This document shows positions 11,271-21,040 of a stretch of 64,000 nucleotides of DNA, piece by piece. The notes below the pieces were generated by a model. That model saw nothing but the letters and a program-made list of their open reading frames with translations. It did not search any database and was not told the origin of the DNA. This stretch comes from Candidatus Omnitrophota bacterium (GTDB taxonomy: Bacteria > Omnitrophota > Omnitrophia > Omnitrophales > JACROU01), in NCBI GenBank assembly GCA_029261035.1, contig JAJDCD010000006.1, positions 1,086 to 65,085 of the forward strand, in the 5' to 3' direction. Both the position numbers and the translations under genes were made by a program. Position 1 is the stretch's first letter, and each line of letters starts with the position of its first letter.

Positions 11271-11492
11271 TTGAGTCCTAAAGAAGATGCAATTGAAGTA
11301 GAGGGGATTGTTGTTGAACCATTGCCTAATGCAATGTTTCGAGTAGAGCTTGATAATGGACATAAAGTATTAGCTCATATCTCAGGAAAGATGAGAATGC
11401 ACTATATAAAAATTTTGCCAGGAGATAAAGTTAAAGTAGAGTTATCTCCCTACGATTTGACTCGAGGACGTATTACCTATCGTATTAAATAA
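11271..11492 (+). CDS. infA: Translation initiation factor IF-1 (TTG start)
   Basis: [10 protein letters not shown]...[18 protein letters not shown]...GRITYR. Confidence 0.98.
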   Translation: MSPKEDAIEVEGIVVEPLPNAMFRVELDNGHKVLAHISGKMRMHYIKILPGDKVKVELSPYDLTRGRITYRIK

Positions 11493-11509
11493 ATTTGAGA
11501 GGTTTTGAT

Positions 11510-11623
11510 ATGAAAGTTAGAAGTTCAGTAAGAAGAATTTGTGAAAAGTGTAAAGTTGTAAAAAGAAAGGGAGTTGTTTACGTCATTTGTGATACAGCGA
11601 AGCACAAGCAAAGACAAGGATAG
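11510..11623 (+). CDS. rpmJ: 50S ribosomal protein L36 (37 aa, not in ORF track)
   Basis: Hand translation: [37 protein letters not shown]; GAGAGG SD upstream. Confidence 0.97.
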   Translation: MKVRSSVRRICEKCKVVKRKGVVYVICDTAKHKQRQG

Positions 11624-11643
11624 CTTTTAAAGAGAGGAATATT

Positions 11644-12033
11644 ATGGCACGTATATTAGGAATTGATTTACCTAAAGAGAAGAGAATGGAAGTAGCTATT
11701 CGTTATATTTATGGAATAGGCCCTGCTTTAGGTGTAAAAATTTTAGCTGAAGCTCAAATTAATCCAAATACAAGATGTAAGGACTTAACAGAAAAAGATG
11801 TTGCTAATTTAACATCTGTAATTCAGAAGGATGAGTTTCAAGTCGAGGGAGATTTAAGAAGAGAAATTCAACAAAATATCAAAAGACTTATTGATATTCG
11901 ATCATACAGAGGAACGCGTCATATACGAGGGCTTCCATGTCGTGGGCAGAGAACGCATACAAATTCAAGGACCAGAAAAGGCCCTAAAAAAACTATTGGT
12001 GGATTAAGCAGAAAAGCACCAGCACCTAAATAA
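11644..12033 (+). CDS. rpsM: 30S ribosomal protein S13
   Basis: [10 protein letters not shown]...YIYGIG...[18 protein letters not shown]. Confidence 0.98.
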   Translation: MARILGIDLPKEKRMEVAIRYIYGIGPALGVKILAEAQINPNTRCKDLTEKDVANLTSVIQKDEFQVEGDLRREIQQNIKRLIDIRSYRGTRHIRGLPCRGQRTHTNSRTRKGPKKTIGGLSRKAPAPK

Positions 12034-12056
12034 AATTTTGAGAACGGGAGTTTATA

Positions 12057-12452
12057 ATGGCAAAAGCAACAAAAGGTAAGATTAAAAAAGTAAAAAAAAC
12101 CTTATCGAGTACAAAAGGTATTGTTCATATTCAGGCAACATTTAACAATACATTAATTACGATTACGGACCCTAAGGGAAATACGATTTGTTGGGCGAGT
12201 GCTGGAGGATCAGGTTTTAAAGGTTCTAAAAAATCAACCCCTTTTGCAGCGCAAGTTGCAAGTGAAACAGCCGCTAAAAAAGCCGCTGAAATGGGTTTGA
12301 AAGAAGTAGAAGTGTTTATTAAAGGCCCAGGATCTGGAAGAGAATCTGCAATTCGAGCGTTACAAATTGCAGGACTTAATGTAACGGTAATCAAAGACGT
12401 TACTCCAATTCCACATAACGGCTGTCGACCACCAAAGAAAAGACGCGTTTAA
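12057..12452 (+). CDS. rpsK: 30S ribosomal protein S11
   Basis: ATFNNT...KSTPFAAQ...[18 protein letters not shown]. Confidence 0.99.
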   Translation: MAKATKGKIKKVKKTLSSTKGIVHIQATFNNTLITITDPKGNTICWASAGGSGFKGSKKSTPFAAQVASETAAKKAAEMGLKEVEVFIKGPGSGRESAIRALQIAGLNVTVIKDVTPIPHNGCRPPKKRRV

Positions 12453-12476
12453 AATAGAATTTAGGAGGAAAATTTA

Positions 12477-13103
12477 GTGGGAAGAAGATTAGAACCCAAA
12501 TGTAGATTATGTCGAAGAGAAGGTGTTAAACTTTTCTTAAAAGGCATGCGTTGTTACACAGAGAAATGTGCTATCGAGAAACGAAACTTTGCTCCTGGAC
12601 AGCATGGTCAGAGAAGAACAAAATTATCTGATTATGGTATTCAGTTAAGAGAGAAGCAAAAGATGAAGAAGTTTTATGGTGTATTAGAGAAGCAGTTTAG
12701 AAATGGTTTCGCTGAAGCTGCCCGAATGAAAGGTGTAACTGGAAGTAACTTAGTAGAGCTGATGGAGCGCAGACTGGATAATGTTGTTTATCGTCTTTTA
12801 TGGTCTCTCTCTAGGCAGGAAGCTAGGCAGATGGTTCGTCATAAAAAAATATCAGTTAATGGGAAACTTGTTGATATTCCATCATTCCGAGTTCGTGTGG
12901 GCGACAAAGTAGCTTTAAGAATGAATGAATCGTTAGAAACTAGAATTAAAGATGTCCAAGAAAAAAGAGAGACTCATGATCTTGTTGGTTGGTTAGACAT
13001 GGATAAAAGTAGAACTTCAGGAACTGTGATTCGTCTTCCAGAAGAACAAGACGCAGGTTTACCTGTTGAAGTACAACAAATTGTAGAGCTTTATTCAAAA
13101 TAA
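12477..13103 (+). CDS. rpsD: 30S ribosomal protein S4 (GTG start, Cys-rich N-terminus)
   Basis: KCRLCRREG...PGQHG...QLREKQK...ERRLDNVVYR...IVELYSK. Confidence 0.98.
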   Translation: MGRRLEPKCRLCRREGVKLFLKGMRCYTEKCAIEKRNFAPGQHGQRRTKLSDYGIQLREKQKMKKFYGVLEKQFRNGFAEAARMKGVTGSNLVELMERRLDNVVYRLLWSLSRQEARQMVRHKKISVNGKLVDIPSFRVRVGDKVALRMNESLETRIKDVQEKRETHDLVGWLDMDKSRTSGTVIRLPEEQDAGLPVEVQQIVELYSK

Positions 13104-13139
13104 TTTTGAATGAGTTTTTAATAAGGAGGAAATATATTT

Positions 13140-14141
13140 ATGGGAATTCGATGGAAATCATTTGAGACGCCAAAGCTTCTTGAATGTGACAAAAAGACTT
13201 TAACTCCTGGGTATGGAAAGTTTATTGCGGAGCCTTTTGAAAAGGGGTTTGGAACAACTATTGGGAATTCTTTGAGAAGAGTTCTTTATTCTTCTATTGA
13301 TGGCTCAGCCATTACAAACTTGAAGATCGAAGGAGCTTTGCACGAATTTTCAGCATTGGATGGTGTTTATGAAGATGTCGCGCAAATCATTCTTAATATC
13401 AAACAGCTTGTATTAAGATACCATGGTAAAGGGCCTAAAACGATTAGTTTGAAAGCTTCTAAAGAAGGTGTTGTTACAGCTAAAGACATTACTACTGATG
13501 ATACTGTTGAAATTGTGAACCCAGAACTTCATATTTGCACATTAACCAAAGACACCAACTTTTCAATGGAAATGGAAGTTGAAAAAGGTCGTGGTTATGT
13601 TTCTGCAGTAAAAAACAAAAAGGAAGATTCTCCTATTGGAGTTATTCCGATCGACTCTTTGTTTTCTCCTGTTCAAAAAGTCAACTTTTCAGTAGAGGAA
13701 ACCCGTGTAGGACAAGTGACGGATTACGATCGTTTGGTTCTAGAAGTATGGACTAATTCTGCCGTAGGTCCCGAAGAAGCGGTTCTTTATGCTTCTAATA
13801 TCTTACACAAGCATTTAGATATTTTTGTTAATTATGGAGAAATTGAAGTTGAAGAAGAAGACCAGCCTGAAGAAGAAGTGGACAAGGATTTTCTTGATCT
13901 GATTAACAAACCTATTTCTGAGTTGGAGCTTTCTGTTCGTAGTGCTAATTGTTTAGAAGCTGCAAATATTAAGACAATTGGTGACTTAATTCAAAGAGGC
14001 GAGCAGCAAATGTTAAAATATAAGAACTTCGGAAAGAAGTCGTTGACAGAAATCAATGCTATTTTAATAACTATGGGGCTTTCTCTTGGATTGGATATTC
14101 AACAAAGATTAACAAAAAAGAAGGTTGAGTTAGAACAATGA
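13140..14141 (+). CDS. rpoA: RNA polymerase alpha subunit
   Basis: EPFEKGFGTTIGNSLRR; LSVRSANCL; NFGKKSL. Confidence 0.99.
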   Translation: MGIRWKSFETPKLLECDKKTLTPGYGKFIAEPFEKGFGTTIGNSLRRVLYSSIDGSAITNLKIEGALHEFSALDGVYEDVAQIILNIKQLVLRYHGKGPKTISLKASKEGVVTAKDITTDDTVEIVNPELHICTLTKDTNFSMEMEVEKGRGYVSAVKNKKEDSPIGVIPIDSLFSPVQKVNFSVEETRVGQVTDYDRLVLEVWTNSAVGPEEAVLYASNILHKHLDIFVNYGEIEVEEEDQPEEEVDKDFLDLINKPISELELSVRSANCLEAANIKTIGDLIQRGEQQMLKYKNFGKKSLTEINAILITMGLSLGLDIQQRLTKKKVELEQ

Positions 14142-14746
14142 GACACAGAAAAAGAACGGCTAAATTAGGCGTTAAATCAGCTCATAGAAAGGCGATGTTG
14201 GCTCATATTGTGGTAGCGCTTGTTGAACATCATCGTATTCGTACTACAGTTGATAGGGCAAAAGAAGCTCGTCGTTTAGCTGAAAAAATGATTACGTTAG
14301 CAAAAAGAAATACGTTGCATGCTAGAAGGCAAGCTATAGCTGCTCTACGGGATGAAATGGCTGTAAAAAAGCTTTTTGATAAGATTAGCCCCGAATTTGA
14401 ATTGGTTCAAGGTGGTTATACTCGTATCATTAAAGAAGCTGTCCGTCCTGGGGATGGCGCTCAAATGGTTTATTTGGAATTTTCTAAGAATATCGCCTTA
14501 GAGGAGCCAAAGACAGAGAAGAAGATTAAGCCTAGTAAATCAAAAAAATCTAGTTTAGATGATGTTTCTGTAGTTAAGAAAGATAAGGTGGATACTGGGA
14601 AAATAAAGGCTAGTACAGAAAAGCCTAAAAAATCAGAATCTACTACTGATAAAGAAGATGAGGAATCAGATATTGAAAAAGCACAGCAAAAAGGTGGTTT
14701 TTTAACATCTCTCAGAAAGTTTTTAAAAGGCGACGAAAAAAAGTAA
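14138..14746 (+). CDS. rplQ: 50S ribosomal protein L17 with ~85-aa C-terminal extension
   Basis: MRHRK...HRKAML...GGYTRIIK...RPGDGA; core ends near aa 117. Confidence 0.97.
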   Translation: MRHRKRTAKLGVKSAHRKAMLAHIVVALVEHHRIRTTVDRAKEARRLAEKMITLAKRNTLHARRQAIAALRDEMAVKKLFDKISPEFELVQGGYTRIIKEAVRPGDGAQMVYLEFSKNIALEEPKTEKKIKPSKSKKSSLDDVSVVKKDKVDTGKIKASTEKPKKSESTTDKEDEESDIEKAQQKGGFLTSLRKFLKGDEKK

Positions 14747-14774
14747 TTTTTTTCTTACCATACAACTTACCTGA

Positions 14775-15947
14775 ATGAAAACAATGCAACTATCGACTCG
14801 TTTAGAAAAAGTAAAGCCTTCTGCTACTTTAGCAATTACAGCTAAAGCTAAGCAGATGAAAGCAGAAGGTCTTGATGTTATTTCTTTTGGGGCGGGCGAA
14901 CCTGACTTCGATACTCCTGAAAATATTAAACAAGCAGCAATTAAAGCGCTTCAAGAGGGCTTTACTAAGTATACCGCTGCGTCTGGATTAGATGAGTTCA
15001 AAAAAGAAATTGTAAAAAAATTTAAAAATGATAATCAAATTGATTATGAAACGAATCAAATTGTAGTCTCTGTCGGAGCAAAGCATTCTTTGTTTAATAT
15101 TTTTCAGACTATATTAAATGATGGAGATGAAGTAGTTATTCCTTCGCCTTATTGGTTGAGTTACCCCGAAATGGTACGTCTTTCAGGTGGTGAGCCTGTC
15201 ATTATTAATACGACAGAAAAAAGCCAATTTAAAATTACACCAGAACAATTCAGGAACAGCATTACATCAAAAACAAAAGCTCTTATTATTAATTCACCCT
15301 CTAATCCAACGGGGATGCTTTACTCTGAAGAAGAGTTAAGGGCTATTGCAGAAATTGCTGTTGAGAAAGGTGTTTTTATTGTGAGTGATGAAATATACGA
15401 GAAGCTTGTTTTTGATTCTAAGAAGTTTATTTCTGTCGCTTCTTTAAGTGAAGAGATTAAGAGTTGGACTTTTACTGTGAATGGCATGAGCAAAGCTTAT
15501 TCGATGACTGGGTGGCGCTTAGGGTATATAGGAGGCCCCAAAGAGATTGTTTCTAAAATTTCTAGTTTACAGAGTCACTCGACTTCAAACCCTACTTCTT
15601 TTGCTCAATTTGGAGGTATAGAGGCTTTAAAAAACGGCAAACAGTCTATAGACAAAATGCGGATTGTGTTTGAACAGAGAAGAAATTTAATTGCTCAGGA
15701 AATCGGGAAAATAGCGAAGTTAAGTCTTTTGTTGCCCGACGGAGCTTTTTACGTATTTGTTAATATATCTCAAACAGGTTTAACTAGCAGTGAGTTTACG
15801 GAAAAATTGCTAGAATCAGAAAAAGTTGCAGTAGTACCAGGAATTGTCTTTGGCAGTGATGATCACATACGTTTGAGCTTTGCTTCCTCAGATGAAAATA
15901 TAACTAAGGGCATTGCGCGCATCAAGAATTTTGTAGATCAACTTTAA
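14775..15947 (+). CDS. aspC: PLP-dependent class I aminotransferase (aspartate aminotransferase-like)
   Basis: GAGEPDF; NSPSNPTG; SDEIY; SKAYSMTGWRLG. Confidence 0.85.
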   Translation: MKTMQLSTRLEKVKPSATLAITAKAKQMKAEGLDVISFGAGEPDFDTPENIKQAAIKALQEGFTKYTAASGLDEFKKEIVKKFKNDNQIDYETNQIVVSVGAKHSLFNIFQTILNDGDEVVIPSPYWLSYPEMVRLSGGEPVIINTTEKSQFKITPEQFRNSITSKTKALIINSPSNPTGMLYSEEELRAIAEIAVEKGVFIVSDEIYEKLVFDSKKFISVASLSEEIKSWTFTVNGMSKAYSMTGWRLGYIGGPKEIVSKISSLQSHSTSNPTSFAQFGGIEALKNGKQSIDKMRIVFEQRRNLIAQEIGKIAKLSLLLPDGAFYVFVNISQTGLTSSEFTEKLLESEKVAVVPGIVFGSDDHIRLSFASSDENITKGIARIKNFVDQL

Positions 15948-15986
15948 ACTATTTTTGTTTTTTTCCGACTAAATTCTCATGGTCTT

Positions 15987-17900
15987 ATGATATCTAATGA
16001 TTTCGACTCAATTGAGCTCTCCATAGGAAATTCTTTTCCTCCTAATTTTCTAATCGAAAAATTAAAATCTATCGGATACATTGAACAAGATTATGTCTCG
16101 CAACCAGGAGACTATTCGGTTCGTGGCTATTTGTTTGATGTTTTTCCAATTACATACAGAAACCCAGTTCGTATTACTTTTAATATTGATACGATAGAGG
16201 AGATCAAAGATTTTTCTGCAAATGAACAGAAAACTTTTTCAACTTATAAATCAGTTCGCATAATTCCATTTAGTCAACTTTTCCAAAAAAAATTTTCTAG
16301 AAAAAATATAACAGAAGAGTATTGGCCTGTTACAGAGATTAAAGATTTGCAGCCTGGAGATTCTATTGTTCATCTAAACTATGGAATTGGTCAATTTGTT
16401 GGTGTAAAAATTCTGAAAGTGGAGAAGGGAAATAAAAAGTTTTTAGCTATAGAATATGATAAAAAAGAGATTCTTTACTTAGAGCTAGATGAGATGAAGT
16501 ATATAGAACGTTATATGGGGATAAAGGGAAAATCTGCTAAGTTAAGCAAGTTGCATAGTAAAGAGTGGGTTCGGATACGTGAAAAAACAAAACGAGCCAT
16601 AAAAGGATATGCAAATGATCTGTTAGAAATGCAGGCAAAAAGGCAACTATTAAAAGGAATCAAATTTCCAAAAGACAATGATTGGCAAAAAGAGTTTGAA
16701 GGAGAATTTCCATTTGATTTGACTCGCGATCAAGAGAAGTCTATTGTTGAGATTAAAATAGATATGGAAAGTTCTCGTCCGATGGACAGACTTCTTTGTG
16801 GGGATGTAGGCTATGGAAAAACCGAAGTTGCTTTAAGAGCAGCCTTTAAAGCTGTGAATGGCAATAAGCAAGTTGTATTTTTAGTTCCTACTACTATATT
16901 GGCGGAGCAGCACTACTTATTATTTGCGAATAGAGTTAAAAATTTCCCAGTACGTGTTGAAGTTTTGAGCCGTTTTAAAACTAAAGCGGAGCAGAAAAAA
17001 ATTGTAAAAGATATGAATGCAGGGCTCGTGGATGTCGTCATAGGAACACATAGACTTTTTTCTTCGGATATTAAGTTTAAGAATTTAGGGTTAGTGATTG
17101 TTGACGAGGAGCAGAGGTTTGGGGTTAGGCATAAAGAAAAATTAAAGCAATTAAGAACGCTTGTGGATGTATTAACTTTAACAGCGACTCCCATTCCGAG
17201 GACATTGTACTTATCTCTAATGGGAGCTAGGGATATGTCTGTTATCAATACACCACCTAAATCGAGATTACCTGTTCATACGGAAGTTTTGGATCTGAAA
17301 GAAGAAAAATTAGTTCAAATATTTGAAAGAGAGTTAGAGCGTAAAGGCCAAATTTTCTTTGTTCACAATAGGGTTCAATCGATAGAAAAAATATCAAAAA
17401 AGTTAACTAAACTATTTCCTAAAGTTCGCTTTGCAGTTGCTCATGGTCAATTGCCGCCAAAAACGTTAGAACATGTATTAATGCAATTTATGCAAAATGA
17501 GGTTGATTGTCTTATTTGTAGCAATATTATTGAATCGGGTGTGGATATTCCAAATGCGAATACAATTATTGTGAATAGGGCAGACCTTTTTGGTTTAGCA
17601 GATCTTTATCAGCTGAGAGGACGTGTTGGCAGGTATGCTAAGAAAAGAAAGGCCTATGCGTACTTTTTTGTCCCTAAAAGTTGGAGGATGACAGAGGAGG
17701 CTGAAAAGAGATTGAGCGCTATTGAAAGATTTACCGATTTAGGGTCTGGCTTTAAGATTGCAATGGAAGATTTGGAGATTCGAGGGGCTGGAAACCTGAT
17801 AGGCTCAGAGCAAAGTGGGTTTATTCATCAGGTTGGGTTTGATATGTATTGTCGACTCTTACAACAGATGATTGATGAAGAGAGAAAACGTTTGAAGTAG
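15987..17900 (+). CDS. mfd: Transcription-repair coupling factor, short form (637 aa)
   Basis: YSVRGYLFDVFP (UvrB-like module), IVHLNYGIG (RID), MDRLLCGDVGYGKTEVA, DEEQRFG, QLRGRVGR, DLEIRGAGN. Confidence 0.9.
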   Translation: MISNDFDSIELSIGNSFPPNFLIEKLKSIGYIEQDYVSQPGDYSVRGYLFDVFPITYRNPVRITFNIDTIEEIKDFSANEQKTFSTYKSVRIIPFSQLFQKKFSRKNITEEYWPVTEIKDLQPGDSIVHLNYGIGQFVGVKILKVEKGNKKFLAIEYDKKEILYLELDEMKYIERYMGIKGKSAKLSKLHSKEWVRIREKTKRAIKGYANDLLEMQAKRQLLKGIKFPKDNDWQKEFEGEFPFDLTRDQEKSIVEIKIDMESSRPMDRLLCGDVGYGKTEVALRAAFKAVNGNKQVVFLVPTTILAEQHYLLFANRVKNFPVRVEVLSRFKTKAEQKKIVKDMNAGLVDVVIGTHRLFSSDIKFKNLGLVIVDEEQRFGVRHKEKLKQLRTLVDVLTLTATPIPRTLYLSLMGARDMSVINTPPKSRLPVHTEVLDLKEEKLVQIFERELERKGQIFFVHNRVQSIEKISKKLTKLFPKVRFAVAHGQLPPKTLEHVLMQFMQNEVDCLICSNIIESGVDIPNANTIIVNRADLFGLADLYQLRGRVGRYAKKRKAYAYFFVPKSWRMTEEAEKRLSAIERFTDLGSGFKIAMEDLEIRGAGNLIGSEQSGFIHQVGFDMYCRLLQQMIDEERKRLK

Positions 17901-18034
17901 ATTTTGTAAGTGTTTTCTATAAATAGACTTAGCAAGTTTGTGTTATAACCTCAGAATGCGTTTTCTTTATGGAAAACTATTGGATTTGGGGATATACTAA
18001 GGGAATTGCATTTGAACGAAAAGGGGAACGATAC

Positions 18035-19000
18035 ATGAGTAAATTTTATATTAGGCCTATTGTCTTGTTATTAGTCTTGTTTTTATGGATGCCTAAGGGA
18101 CATTCTGAAATTATTGAGAGAGTTGTCGCTGTTGTGAATAATGATGTTGTTACCCAGTCAGAGTTGGATGATTTGATTCGACCTGTTTTTGAGCAATATA
18201 GAACTGTTTATCAAGGCCAAGAGTTTGCTGAAAAAATGACTGAAGCAAGAAGGAAACTGTTGAATCAGTTGATAGAAGATAAGCTAGTTTATCAAGAGGC
18301 TCAGGAAAAAGGAGTTGTTGTATCGGAAGGTGAGATAGATGGTCGAATTATTGATTTTAAAAAACGGTTTAAGAACCCACAAGATTTTCAGCGAATTTTA
18401 TCTGCGCAAGGAATGTCTTTGAAGAAACTGCGAGAAAAGTATCGGCAACAAATTGCTGTTCGAAAACTAAACTATTTTGAGGTAAGGAATAAAGTTCTTG
18501 TTTCCCCTAAAGAGGTGAGGGAATATTATGAAGAGAATGAAGGGTTTTTTGTTCGTGATGAACAAGTCAGAATTTCTGGAATTACTATTCGTAAGGCGAA
18601 AGAGTTTAGAGATAAAGTAGATGAAGATGCGAAATTTAAAGCAGAACAAATCTTATCTAATATACAAAACGGCGCTGATTTTGGAAAAGTAGCAGAAGCT
18701 CAATCTGAAGACTATCAGGCTTCTAATGGAGGCGATATGGGGTTTGTGGGGCGAGGTGAGTTGGCTCCGACTATTGATGAAGTTATTTTTGCTCTAAAGC
18801 CTCAGCAGTTGTCTCAGGTTATTGAGACTGAAGTTGGGTATCATATATTTAGAGTTGAAGAACGGTCGGAAAAAGAAAAGAAGACATTGGAAGATGTCCG
18901 AAAAGATATAAGAGGTATTTTGTATCGAAAAAAAGCTGGAGAACGTTTTGATGAATGGCTGAAAGAATTAAAAGCCAAAGCATATATTTCCATTCGTTAA
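18035..19000 (+). CDS. surA: SurA-like periplasmic parvulin peptidyl-prolyl isomerase
   Basis: Signal peptide then ERVVAVVNNDVVT, GGDMGF, GYHIF; precedes pdxA-rsmA; ATG 18035 has an AAGGGGA SD. Confidence 0.8.
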   Translation: MSKFYIRPIVLLLVLFLWMPKGHSEIIERVVAVVNNDVVTQSELDDLIRPVFEQYRTVYQGQEFAEKMTEARRKLLNQLIEDKLVYQEAQEKGVVVSEGEIDGRIIDFKKRFKNPQDFQRILSAQGMSLKKLREKYRQQIAVRKLNYFEVRNKVLVSPKEVREYYEENEGFFVRDEQVRISGITIRKAKEFRDKVDEDAKFKAEQILSNIQNGADFGKVAEAQSEDYQASNGGDMGFVGRGELAPTIDEVIFALKPQQLSQVIETEVGYHIFRVEERSEKEKKTLEDVRKDIRGILYRKKAGERFDEWLKELKAKAYISIR

Positions 19001-19023
19001 TGCCTACCTGATTAAGTGATATA

Positions 19024-20022
19024 ATGAAAAAAATGATCATTGCAATAAGTCTTGGGGACCCTGGGGGTATAGGCCCTGAAATTACATTAAAAGCTGTTAA
19101 ACAATTTAAACGAGAAAACCCTTCCGTCCAATGTGTTTTAATAGGACATCAAAACAGTTTAAAGCACTCTTTGCCTAAATCCTATAATTCTTCTTTCTTT
19201 ACTCCTTTTAATGTTGATTTGTCTCGAAAACAAATTTTCTCATTAAAGAAGGGGGTGTGGTTTTTTGAATTACCACTTAAAAAGACTTTTGATAAAGGGG
19301 TGATAAGCAAGATTAATGGCTCTATCGCACTAGACTCTATACAGGTGGCAATTCAATTGTGTATGAACAAACAAGCGGATTCTATGGTTACGGCGCCTGT
19401 TTCAAAAGCAGGTATAAGAAAAGTTTCAAAACAATTTAAGGGGCATACCGAATTATTAGCTAAAGAGTCTGGGGCCAAAAATGTCTCGATGATGTTTGTT
19501 TCAGATAAGGTTAAAATTGTTTTAGCAACGACTCATTTACCTCTGAAGATGGTTTCTAAATCGATTACGAAACAGCTGATATATAAGAAAATCTGTTTTA
19601 CCCAAAAAGTGCTAAAACAGATGTTTGGAATGAAAAAAATAAAATTAGCCATTTCTGCTTTGAATCCACATGGAAATGAATTTGGAACTGAAGAAGATTT
19701 GGAAATAAAGCCTGCTATACAGCAAGCAAAAAAGAAGCGAATTCCTGTGTATGGCCCTATCCCTGGTGATGAAATTTTTCGGGAGCTAATCGAGGGGAAG
19801 TGGGATGCTATTATTTCAATGTATCATGACCAAGCATTGGCGCCTTTTAAGGCATTTTACTTTGATTCGGGCGTCAATCTAACTGTAGGGCTTCCATTTA
19901 TCAGAACCTCTCCTGATCATGGTACAGCGTATGATATTGCATACAAAAGAAAAGCGAACTTTAAGCCTATGTTATCAGCTCTTAATTTAGCAAAAAAATT
20001 AAATGGAAAAGTGGTTTGTTGA
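19024..20022 (+). CDS. pdxA: 4-hydroxythreonine-4-phosphate dehydrogenase
   Basis: GDPGGIGPE; GHTE; LNPH; MYHDQ; RTSPDHGTA. Confidence 0.95.
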   Translation: MKKMIIAISLGDPGGIGPEITLKAVKQFKRENPSVQCVLIGHQNSLKHSLPKSYNSSFFTPFNVDLSRKQIFSLKKGVWFFELPLKKTFDKGVISKINGSIALDSIQVAIQLCMNKQADSMVTAPVSKAGIRKVSKQFKGHTELLAKESGAKNVSMMFVSDKVKIVLATTHLPLKMVSKSITKQLIYKKICFTQKVLKQMFGMKKIKLAISALNPHGNEFGTEEDLEIKPAIQQAKKKRIPVYGPIPGDEIFRELIEGKWDAIISMYHDQALAPFKAFYFDSGVNLTVGLPFIRTSPDHGTAYDIAYKRKANFKPMLSALNLAKKLNGKVVC

Positions 20023-20024
20023 TT

Positions 20025-20876
20025 ATGGCTTCTAAATCTTTTCATCTTAGACCTAGAAAATCTCTCGGGCAAAACTACCTTAAAGATAAAAATATTATTA
20101 CTAAAATAGTAGAAGCCTTGCATTTAAAAGAAGGTGAGACGGTCCTTGAGATTGGTCCAGGCCAAGGGGCTTTAACTCATGAGTTGATGAAGCATAAGAT
20201 TGATTTGATAGCGGTAGAAAAAGATATTAAGTTAGTGGAGTTCTTATTAAAAGAATTTGAGCCTTTTAAGACTCGTTTTAATCTTTATTGTCAGGATATT
20301 TTGAAGTTTAAATTTTCAGAGTTAGCTCTTAAGAAAAAGATCAAGGTTGTTGGAAATTTACCTTACTATTTAACAACTCCTATATTATTTCATTTAGCGG
20401 AAGAAAGAGACTGTGTTGAGTCTGCATTGCTTATGGTTCAGCAAGAGGTGGCTGATCGGATTTTGGCGTCCCCAGGGAGTAAGTCTTATGGTCGTCTTTC
20501 AGTAACTTTGCGTTATTTTGCAGATGTCGAAAGGGTAATGAACGTTTCTAGTAGTTGCTTTTTTCCTGTTCCTAAAGTTAATTCTACGGTTATTTATGTG
20601 AAGTTTAAAGATTCAGCTGAGCTAGATGCAGATCCCGTTAATTTGGAGTTATTCCAGAGTATAGTCCGAGCTTTTTTTAGTCAAAGAAGAAAAAATATTT
20701 TAAATTGTCTGCATCGCTCAAAAGTTGCAGACTGGAGCAAAGAAGATTGGCAATTGCTTTTAGAAACTCTCCACTTAGCGACTAATCTAAGACCGGGGGA
20801 CTTATTTCTAAAAGATTTTATTCGTTTAAGCCAAGCAATTGAAAAAAGGCTTAAATCGAGTGATATGAAGGCCTAA
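20025..20876 (+). CDS. rsmA: 16S rRNA m6(2)A1518/1519 dimethyltransferase
   Basis: KSLGQNYL; LEIGPGQG; GNLPY; FFPVPKVNS. Confidence 0.96.
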   Translation: MASKSFHLRPRKSLGQNYLKDKNIITKIVEALHLKEGETVLEIGPGQGALTHELMKHKIDLIAVEKDIKLVEFLLKEFEPFKTRFNLYCQDILKFKFSELALKKKIKVVGNLPYYLTTPILFHLAEERDCVESALLMVQQEVADRILASPGSKSYGRLSVTLRYFADVERVMNVSSSCFFPVPKVNSTVIYVKFKDSAELDADPVNLELFQSIVRAFFSQRRKNILNCLHRSKVADWSKEDWQLLLETLHLATNLRPGDLFLKDFIRLSQAIEKRLKSSDMKA

Positions 20877-20882
20877 GAGCGA

Positions 20883-20912
20883 TTGACAGCATCCTAGGGC
20901 TTATGTTACGCT
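20883..20912 (+). promoter_or_regulatory. sigma70-type promoter for gatCAB
   Basis: TTGACA (20883) - 18 bp - TGn-TACGCT (20907). Confidence 0.6.
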
Positions 20913-20915
20913 CTA

Positions 20916-21040
20916 CATCTTCGATATTAGTTTTTTGTGGCTATGAGGCTTTTGTGAAGCAGGTCTAAAGACCTGTCACAGTCGGTACATAACTAAGAAT
21001 TGCCAAAGAGGATGAGTTTGATATGAATCAAACTGGAATT
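20916..21040 (+). other. Structured 5' leader or candidate ncRNA upstream of gatC
   Basis: Nested stems TGTGA/TCACA, CAGGTC-TAAA-GACCTG, TTAGTT/AACTAA, then hairpin AGTTTGAT-ATGA-ATCAAACT. Confidence 0.4.

Noticed and set aside
20940-20990. SRP RNA, 6S RNA or c-di-GMP riboswitch in the gatC leader
   Set aside because: No CCGGAAGGAAGCAG SRP domain, too short for 6S, and lacks the GGCAAA/GCAAA c-di-GMP-I motifs
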